DNA of 64,000 nt, taken from contig CAWDSK010000003.1 in NCBI GenBank assembly GCA_963804995.1, positions 736,001 through 800,000 of the forward strand, written 5' to 3'. This document shows positions 55,499-64,000 of the stretch, piece by piece. This DNA is from an uncultured Acidobacteriota bacterium. Its GTDB lineage: Bacteria > Acidobacteriota > Terriglobia > UBA7540. Numbering within the stretch: position 1 is the stretch's first letter; each line of letters starts with the position of its first letter. Under the pieces are notes generated by a model that was not told the origin of the DNA, did no database searches, and was given only the letters and a program-made list of their open reading frames with translations. The position numbers and the translations under genes are program-made.

Positions 55499-56824
55499 GT
55501 GAGTGGCATACCCGTAAGCATTGACGAACCCAAAGGCAAGCTAGGAGTCCTGATACCCGGCATGGGCGCCGTGGCGACGACATTTATGGCAGGCGTGGAA
55601 GCCATCCGCAAGAACCAGGCTGCGCCCATCGGCTCACTGACGCAGATGGGAACGATCCGGCTGGGCAAGCGCACCGACAAGCGCACCCCGCTCATCAAGG
55701 ACTTTGTCCCCCTCGCCAAGCTGGATGACCTGGTCTTCGGAGGCTGGGACCTGTTCACGGACAATGCTTACGAGGCCGCCCTCCACGCCGGTGTTCTGGA
55801 GCGCCCCCACCTGGATTCCGTGAAGGCCTTCCTCCAACGTATCCGCCCCATGCCCGCGGTCTTCGAGCAGAAATTCGTCAAAAACCTGCACGGCGAAAAC
55901 GTGAAAAAGGGCAAGAACAAGATGGATCTGGCCGAGCAGCTCATGGACGATATCCGGAAATTCAAGAAGCAACATCGCCTGGCGCGCCTGGTCATGATCT
56001 GGTGCGGTTCCACGGAAATCTTCCTTAAACCCCGGCCGGTGCATCGCACTCTTGCCGCCTTTGAGAAAGGCTTGCGCGACAACAGTCACGAAATCGCCCC
56101 CAGCATGATTTACGCCTACGCGGCGCTCAAACTCGGCATCCCCTTCGCCAATGGGGCGCCCAACCTGACGGTGGACATCCCCGCCCTGATGGAACTAGCT
56201 CTCCAGAATCAAGTCCCGGTATGTGGCAAGGATTACAAAACCGGCCAGACGCTGATGAAAACCATCCTGGCTCCGGGCTTAAAGGCGCGGCTCATCGGTC
56301 TGCACGGATGGTTCTCCACCAATATCCTCGGCAACCGGGATGGCGAAGTGCTGGACGACCCTGCTTCCTTCCGCACTAAAGAAGAAAGCAAGCTTTCGGT
56401 GCTGGAATACATCCTGCAACCGGAGCTCTACCCGACGCTCTACAAGGGCTTCCACCACAAAGTGCGGATCAACTATTACCCGCCGCGCGGCGACAACAAA
56501 GAAGGCTGGGATAACCTCGATATTTTTGGCTGGATGGGCTATCCCATGCAGATCAAGATCGACTTCCTTTGCCGCGATTCCATTCTGGCCGCGCCGCTGG
56601 TACTCGACCTGGTTCTGTTTATGGACCTGGCACAACGTTGCCCGGAAATGGCGCGCAAGGGCGTGCAGGAGTGGCTCTCGTTCTACTTCAAGAGTCCCAT
56701 GTGCGCTCCCCACCTCTACCCGGAGCACGACCTCTTTATCCAGCTTATGAAGCTGAAGAACACGCTGCGTTACCTGCGCGGTGAGGAGCTGATCACCCAC
56801 TTGGGATTGGAGTATTACGACTAG
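55499..56824 (+). CDS. ino1: myo-inositol-1-phosphate synthase
   Basis: GSTE, ANGAP, GKDYKTGQT, STNILGNRDG, GDNKEGWD, CRDSILAAP, FYFKSP; AAGGAGG before GTG. Confidence 0.95.
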   Translation: MSGIPVSIDEPKGKLGVLIPGMGAVATTFMAGVEAIRKNQAAPIGSLTQMGTIRLGKRTDKRTPLIKDFVPLAKLDDLVFGGWDLFTDNAYEAALHAGVLERPHLDSVKAFLQRIRPMPAVFEQKFVKNLHGENVKKGKNKMDLAEQLMDDIRKFKKQHRLARLVMIWCGSTEIFLKPRPVHRTLAAFEKGLRDNSHEIAPSMIYAYAALKLGIPFANGAPNLTVDIPALMELALQNQVPVCGKDYKTGQTLMKTILAPGLKARLIGLHGWFSTNILGNRDGEVLDDPASFRTKEESKLSVLEYILQPELYPTLYKGFHHKVRINYYPPRGDNKEGWDNLDIFGWMGYPMQIKIDFLCRDSILAAPLVLDLVLFMDLAQRCPEMARKGVQEWLSFYFKSPMCAPHLYPEHDLFIQLMKLKNTLRYLRGEELITHLGLEYYD

Positions 56825-57393
56825 GCCTTATGGGAGCCCTTGGTGGGAGCAAACGCCCCGGCGGGCAGCTCCGACAAGTATTTTCCCAGAATTGATCCGA
56901 CCGTGGTGAGCAGGGCCAAATCTGCCTGAGTAAAATCGGGACCCACGGTCTCCTCGGGTCGCACTTTCCGGCTGACTTGGAGCACCCCGACCACTTTCCC
57001 TTCCACAATCATGGGTGAGCTCATGATTTTTTGAATGGGCGCTGCCTTCTCCTGCGCAGAAAGATTGACGGCTTCAAACACCGTCGGGTGTTTGTAGCTG
57101 GGGAAGTTGTTCACAATCTCCCCGCGTTTGTCGCGGATGGTCTTGGTGGCCAGGGAGTGTGTAGTGGTAAGGGGAATGGCGCCCATCAGGGCAAGTTTGG
57201 TGGGGAACAGAAAACTCAGAATCTTCCCATCGGCTGAAATCCGCAGGATAGCGACTTCTTCCTTCTTGGCCTTAAAGCCGTTGGAGATCTGCGCCGCCAG
57301 CCGATGCAGATCCTGCTCAGCGGGAGGGGTTCCTGCCTTGCGCAATTCATCCACCAGCTTAGCGACAACGAGAACGAGATCCATTTCCACCAT
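56821..57393 (-). CDS. GAF-domain protein
   Basis: IQKIMSSPMIVEGKVVGVLQVSRK..FTQADL. Confidence 0.75.
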   Translation of the reverse strand: MVEMDLVLVVAKLVDELRKAGTPPAEQDLHRLAAQISNGFKAKKEEVAILRISADGKILSFLFPTKLALMGAIPLTTTHSLATKTIRDKRGEIVNNFPSYKHPTVFEAVNLSAQEKAAPIQKIMSSPMIVEGKVVGVLQVSRKVRPEETVGPDFTQADLALLTTVGSILGKYLSELPAGAFAPTKGSHKA

Positions 57394-57573
57394 TGCGCTT
57401 TGCTCCCCCGAGGATTATTACGGCAGGTGGGCATTATACCGAACCCCCTACCGGCAAGCAATCACGGTATGCGCTAAAATTCGCAAGCTTGCGGGCTCTC
57501 CCCATGGCCCTGGCGCCCAGAATACGTTTGACAAAACCTTCCGCACCTCCTGATAATTCCCCCATCTTCACTT

Positions 57574-58821
57574 ATGAGAACTTCACGCATGGGAAAACAT
57601 CCGAGAATCTCCGCCTGGCTTCTTTTCTGCGCTTGCATGGTGGGTTCACTCCCGATTTTTGCCCGGCCACCCGCCAACGCGGACGCCGTTGCGGAGCGTG
57701 CCCTGGCGCATGCCATCATCATCGACACTCATGCTGACACTCCGCAGGCGATGCTCGATCAGGACTACGACCTCGCCGACCCTGCCAGCCCCTACATGGT
57801 CAGCATCCCCAAGCTGCGCGCCGGGCACATGGGCGCTGAATTCTTCTCGATCTGGGTGGACGTCACCTGGCCCAAGCAGGACCTGATCCGTCGCGCCCTC
57901 GACCTGATTGACGTCACCTACCAGCAGATCGCGCGCCACGCGGATGCCCTGGGTCTGGCCACCACCGCAGACGACATTGAGCGCCTGCACCGGGAGGGGA
58001 AAATCGCCATCCTGATGGGCGTCGAGGGGGGACACGAAATTGAAGGCGATTTGCACGCGCTCGACATTTACTACCGCCTGGGCGTGCGCTACATGACCCT
58101 GACCCATACTGCGTTCGATGAGTTAGGCGATTCCTCGGGTGACTCTCCCAATTGGAATGGGCTCTCCCCCTTAGGTCGCGAAGCTGTCCAGCGCATGAAT
58201 CGCCTGGGCATGATGGTGGACATTTCGCACGTCTCCGACAAAACTTTTTATGATGCGGTGGCAGTGAGCCGCGCCCCGCTTATTGCTTCGCACTCTTCCT
58301 GCCGTGCCTTGTGCAGCGCGCCGCGCAACATGACTGACGATATGATTCGTGCCCTGGCCAAGAATGGCGGGGTCATGGACATCAATTTCTTTTCCGGCTT
58401 CCTGACACAGGACTACGCGAGCGGCTTCAAAAGCATCGAAAAGGAGATGAACGCAGCGATTGCGGAGGCCCGCGCGCGTTACGCTCGTGAGGGTAAACAG
58501 CTCCCTTACGTGGAAAGGGTGAAGATTGAACAGAGCCTGACCAAAGATTTACCGACGCCCAGTTTTACTTCCATCGCCGACCACATTGACCACGCCGTCA
58601 AAGTGGGTGGCATCGATCACGTAGGTTTGGGCTCCGATTTCGATGGCATTGAATCGGCCCCGCGGGGCATGGAAGATGCTTCCAAAATTCCCGACTTGGT
58701 TCGCGAACTGGCGCGGCGCGGCTACAGCGAAGAGGACCTGGTGAAAATCCTGGGCGGCAATGTGTTGCGCGTTATGCGTCAGGTGGAACAGAGGGCGCGT
58801 GCCCTCGAAACGGCCCACTGA
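57574..58821 (+). CDS. membrane dipeptidase (peptidase M19), exported
   Basis: IDTHAD, GVEGGH, YMTLTH, DISH, ASHS, RNMTD, GLGSDFDG. Confidence 0.93.
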   Translation: MRTSRMGKHPRISAWLLFCACMVGSLPIFARPPANADAVAERALAHAIIIDTHADTPQAMLDQDYDLADPASPYMVSIPKLRAGHMGAEFFSIWVDVTWPKQDLIRRALDLIDVTYQQIARHADALGLATTADDIERLHREGKIAILMGVEGGHEIEGDLHALDIYYRLGVRYMTLTHTAFDELGDSSGDSPNWNGLSPLGREAVQRMNRLGMMVDISHVSDKTFYDAVAVSRAPLIASHSSCRALCSAPRNMTDDMIRALAKNGGVMDINFFSGFLTQDYASGFKSIEKEMNAAIAEARARYAREGKQLPYVERVKIEQSLTKDLPTPSFTSIADHIDHAVKVGGIDHVGLGSDFDGIESAPRGMEDASKIPDLVRELARRGYSEEDLVKILGGNVLRVMRQVEQRARALETAH

Positions 58822-58958
58822 GAGATGGGCCACGGACGGCTCGATGGGATCTTTGGATTTACCGCTGCCAAGGTCACGACCGCGCCCAGAGCGGATCGCA
58901 TCGCGCGTGAAGCGGTGAGGGCACTGTTTGTCGTGTCATTAAAATTCCGGGAGGACGC

Positions 58959-59665
58959 ATGAAGAAACAGATTATTACGATTCTCCTTGCCGCGCTCGCC
59001 TTGGCGCTAAATGCCGCCGTGGCCCAGCAATCCCCCCAAACAACGACGAAGAAATCGACTGCGGCCACGACGAAAAAGACTGCGACCAAACCCAGCGCCT
59101 CGCTCCTCAACCCCGCTTCCCTCAAAGACCAGGCTCCGCCCTATTTCAACGCCAAGTTCTCGACGACCAAGGGCGATTTCGTTATGGAGGTCCGGCGTGC
59201 CTGGGCCCCACAGGGTGCCGACCGTTTTTACAACCTGGTGAAATACCACTTCTATGACGGCGCCGCGTTCTTCCGTGTCTTGCCGGGATTCGTGGTGCAA
59301 TTCGGTATCAGTTCTCAGCCCCAGATCAGTCAGGCTTGGGAACGCGCCGTCATCCCTGACGACCCGCCTTCCCAAGGCAATACCCGGGGGATGGTGACCT
59401 TCGCCACCGCCGGCGCCAACACCCGCACCACGCAGGTTTTCATCAATCTGGGTGACAACTCAACCCTCGATCATATGGGCTTCACTCCCTTCGGGAAAAT
59501 CACCAGTGGCATGGATGTGGTCGATCAATTGTTTGCCGGCTACGGAGAAGGCGCACCCAACGGAAGCGGTCCCAGCCAGGATCGGATGCAAAAGGAAGGC
59601 AAGACCTACCTCGAAAGTATTTCCCGGAGCTGGATAAGATCAAGACCGCGGAAATAGTGCCCTGA
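58959..59665 (+). CDS. exported cyclophilin-type PPIase with apparent frameshift near 59617
   Basis: WAPQGADRF, FFRVLPGFVVQFG, RTTQVFINL; the expected tail YFPELDKIKTAEIVP* lies in another frame. Confidence 0.85.
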
Positions 59666-59697
59666 GGCACGGGGCGCCGCAGCGCAGCCGCAAGGAG

Positions 59698-59821
59698 GGC
59701 TGGCGCAGGGCGAGCGCAGCCCTGCGATTTAGTGTGGATCAAGCATGCTCAAGACAGACGAATCATTCGCTGGCTCCGGTGATCGACGTGGATCGCATAG
59801 CTGAGCTCGCTATGCGCCAAC
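59698..59821 (-). mobile_element. non-autonomous RAYT derivative (both ends + last RAYT codons)
   Basis: Reverse complement contains gaatgattcgtctgtcttgagcatg (RAYT NDSSVLSM) + right REP; the other end matches the left REP. Confidence 0.85.
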
Positions 59822-59873
59822 CTGCCAGATTTGACGTTGCCAGGAAATTACAATTGGAATATCAGGAGAAACC

Positions 59874-60404
<531 letters not shown>

Positions 60405-60421
60405 AGGAGGAGTAAGCAAGT

Positions 60422-60504
60422 GTAGCGCGGACCTGTTCGTTAGGTCCGCGGTTTTTTGCTCTCAATATTGCGTAGCGCGGTCCCCCGCCTTTGGGGTCCG
60501 CGGC
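60422..60504 (+). repeat. two GTAG REPs; the first can act as a terminator
   Basis: GTAGCGCGGACCT..AGGTCCGCGGTTTTTT; GTAGCGCGGTCCCC..GGGGTCCGCGG. Confidence 0.75.
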
Positions 60505-60692
60505 TCTTCATTTGAAAATTCCTCCAATTCCGAACCCGGGCGGCCGCTTCGCAACGATAAATTTGCTTGCTTGGCACACGAAGAACCGCCCTGAGGGATG
60601 GGGGCACTCCCTGAGTCCTAACGTCAAGCCTATCAGGTCGCTACGGGAATTAACTTTAATTACTAAACTATCCAGTATATGCAAGATGGGAC

Positions 60693-60727
60693 TTGACAAA
60701 GTCAGTTAATTAACCTACCCTGGTTAA
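60693..60727 (+). promoter_or_regulatory. putative sigma70 promoter of groES2 with operator-like inverted repeat
   Basis: TTGACA-N17-TACCCT; TTAACC-N6-GGTTAA spans the -10. Confidence 0.5.
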
Positions 60728-60904
60728 GGAGATGAGACTCTCTACTCCCACCTTCCAGGTCATCTGAACTAAGTCAGGTAATCTGCAATCGCACCTCTTA
60801 GGCGAGATCCAAGGAGGTCCCCATATTTGCCCGTAGCGCTTCCTTATATCAGAAGCCCAAGACCCATCATTCCATACTGAACTACGCGTGAGAGGAGACT
60901 CAAA

Positions 60905-61222
60905 ATGAATTTTAGACCGCTACATGATCGAATTCTGATAAAGCGAATTGAAGAGAAGGAAACGGTGAAGGGCGGAATTATCATTCCGGACACCGCCAAA
61001 GAGAAACCGCAAGAAGGCGAAGTGATCGCCGTCGGAAACGGGAAGATGACCGAAGAGGGGAAGCTTGTTCCCCTGGACGTGAAGGCGGGCGATCGCATTC
61101 TCTTCGGCAAGTACTCCGGCACAGAAATCAAGATCGACAACCAAGAGTATCTGATCTTGAAAGAGGAAGAAGTGCTGGGCGTCCTGGAAGGCAAGGCAGC
61201 CGCCGCGAACAAGAAGAAGTAA
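60905..61222 (+). CDS. groES: co-chaperonin GroES, copy 2
   Basis: [27 protein letters not shown]. Confidence 0.98.
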   Translation: MNFRPLHDRILIKRIEEKETVKGGIIIPDTAKEKPQEGEVIAVGNGKMTEEGKLVPLDVKAGDRILFGKYSGTEIKIDNQEYLILKEEEVLGVLEGKAAAANKKK

Positions 61223-62998
<1,776 letters not shown>

Positions 62999-63032
62999 CG
63001 TAAGGCATCAAGTCCCCTAAAGGAGGACTCCA

Positions 63033-63860
63033 ATGATCAACGTTCGCAGAGTGATAGTTTCAGTTTTAGGGACCATGCTGGTAGTGGCGCCCATGATTCG
63101 CTCGCAAGGCGTGAAGCCGCCTGAGGCAAAGGCGATTGTTACACAACGGCTGGGGATCCAAGAACTGGGGTTGCAGCCCCGCAGCGGTTTCGACGGTTGG
63201 TTGCAAGCCGCCGCTGTTTCGGCGCCGGCGACGGGCGCACCGGATCTTTCCCGTTACCGGGATTTTCAGTTTGGAGAGACCCTGCCGGCACTCGCGAAGC
63301 AAGCTGGCCTGAAACTGTCTGACGCGAAGCTGATCCATGGACGTCCGGCGGTCATGCAGGAACTGGAGTGGCAGATCTGGCTCTCAAGCGGTTCTTCAGT
63401 GCAAACGGACCCGGTTAGGACTATCCTGTTCAGCTTTTACAACGGGGAGCTCTCTCGCATCGTGGTCACTTACGATCGGGGTGAAACCGAAGGGCTGACC
63501 GCCGAGGACCTGATCGAAGCGATTTCGGCCAAGTACGGAACTGCCACCCAGCCCGCTAGCCCCGATATCTCCTTCTCTTCAACTCAAGTCTACAACGATA
63601 CCGAAGTCGTCATCGCGCGTTGGGAGGACTCCCAGTACTCGTATAACCTGTATCGTTCCAATTACCAACCGACTTTTGGAATGATGGCATTTTCAAAAAG
63701 ACTGGATGACCTGGCCCGCGCGGCGACCGCAGAAGCCATCCGGTTAGATGCGCAAGAGGCTCCCCAGCAGGAGATTCAGCGTCAAAACACGGAAGACGAG
63801 AAGAACCGTGAATCGCTGGAAAAAGCCAGGCAATTGAACAAGCCCAACTTCCGTCTTTAG
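63033..63860 (+). CDS. secreted hypothetical protein
   Basis: AGGAGG RBS, signal-like N-terminus, charged helical C-terminus. Confidence 0.7.
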   Translation: MINVRRVIVSVLGTMLVVAPMIRSQGVKPPEAKAIVTQRLGIQELGLQPRSGFDGWLQAAAVSAPATGAPDLSRYRDFQFGETLPALAKQAGLKLSDAKLIHGRPAVMQELEWQIWLSSGSSVQTDPVRTILFSFYNGELSRIVVTYDRGETEGLTAEDLIEAISAKYGTATQPASPDISFSSTQVYNDTEVVIARWEDSQYSYNLYRSNYQPTFGMMAFSKRLDDLARAATAEAIRLDAQEAPQQEIQRQNTEDEKNRESLEKARQLNKPNFRL

Positions 63861-63909
63861 CTTTCAGCGACGGCTCGAAAGATCAGCGCTTCCGGCCAGC
63901 CAGGAGGCT

Positions 63910-64000
63910 GGCCGGCGCAGACTGAGCTTAGTTCCGCGATTCACATCTCTAACCCTGCCCACCGATATTTCTCTTCTGCCGATCTCTGAACGTTATTTCG
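63910..64000 (+). mobile_element. left end of a second, degenerate RAYT element (runs off window)
   Basis: Colinear with 41491-41580 (gcgattcac.tctct.accct.ccc.ccgatat..ccgatct.tg.acg..atttc); ATG changed to CTG. Confidence 0.75.

Overview
GC-rich bacterial chromosomal window, probably Acidobacteriota/Terriglobia. This is an inference from the Oar-type TonB-dependent receptor, the XRE regulator family and the GroEL insertion. Two near-identical groES-groEL operons bracket the window. Between them lie exported or Tat-signal hydrolases and oxidoreductases, and two polyamine modules (hss + ornithine decarboxylase; pyruvoyl arginine decarboxylase + deoxyhypusine-synthase-like). Also present are argA, mscS, a Fur/PerR-katG pair (katG has an in-frame TGA), an iolB/MFS/HAD/ino1 region, an FHA-GAF-PP2C gene and two cyclophilins. 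The intergenic DNA is dense in palindromic repeats. The main signal is an intact REP-associated tyrosine transposase (RAYT, 41557-42108) with hairpin ends. About ten dispersed repeats match those ends, and several are internal-deletion derivatives that still retain RAYT codons. At 37.4-42.2 kb they separate an array of small accessory units: TA genes, an orphan antitoxin and an unusual TIR-TM + DUF3368-PIN pair. Other notable signals are tiny palindromes inserted into a gene copy, a duplicated 3' end of the DHS-like gene differing almost only synonymously, and recurrent Asp-to-Asn and CGA-to-TGA changes at CG/GTCG contexts. No rRNA, tRNA or CRISPR array was recognised. All family calls come from motif recognition, not database searches.
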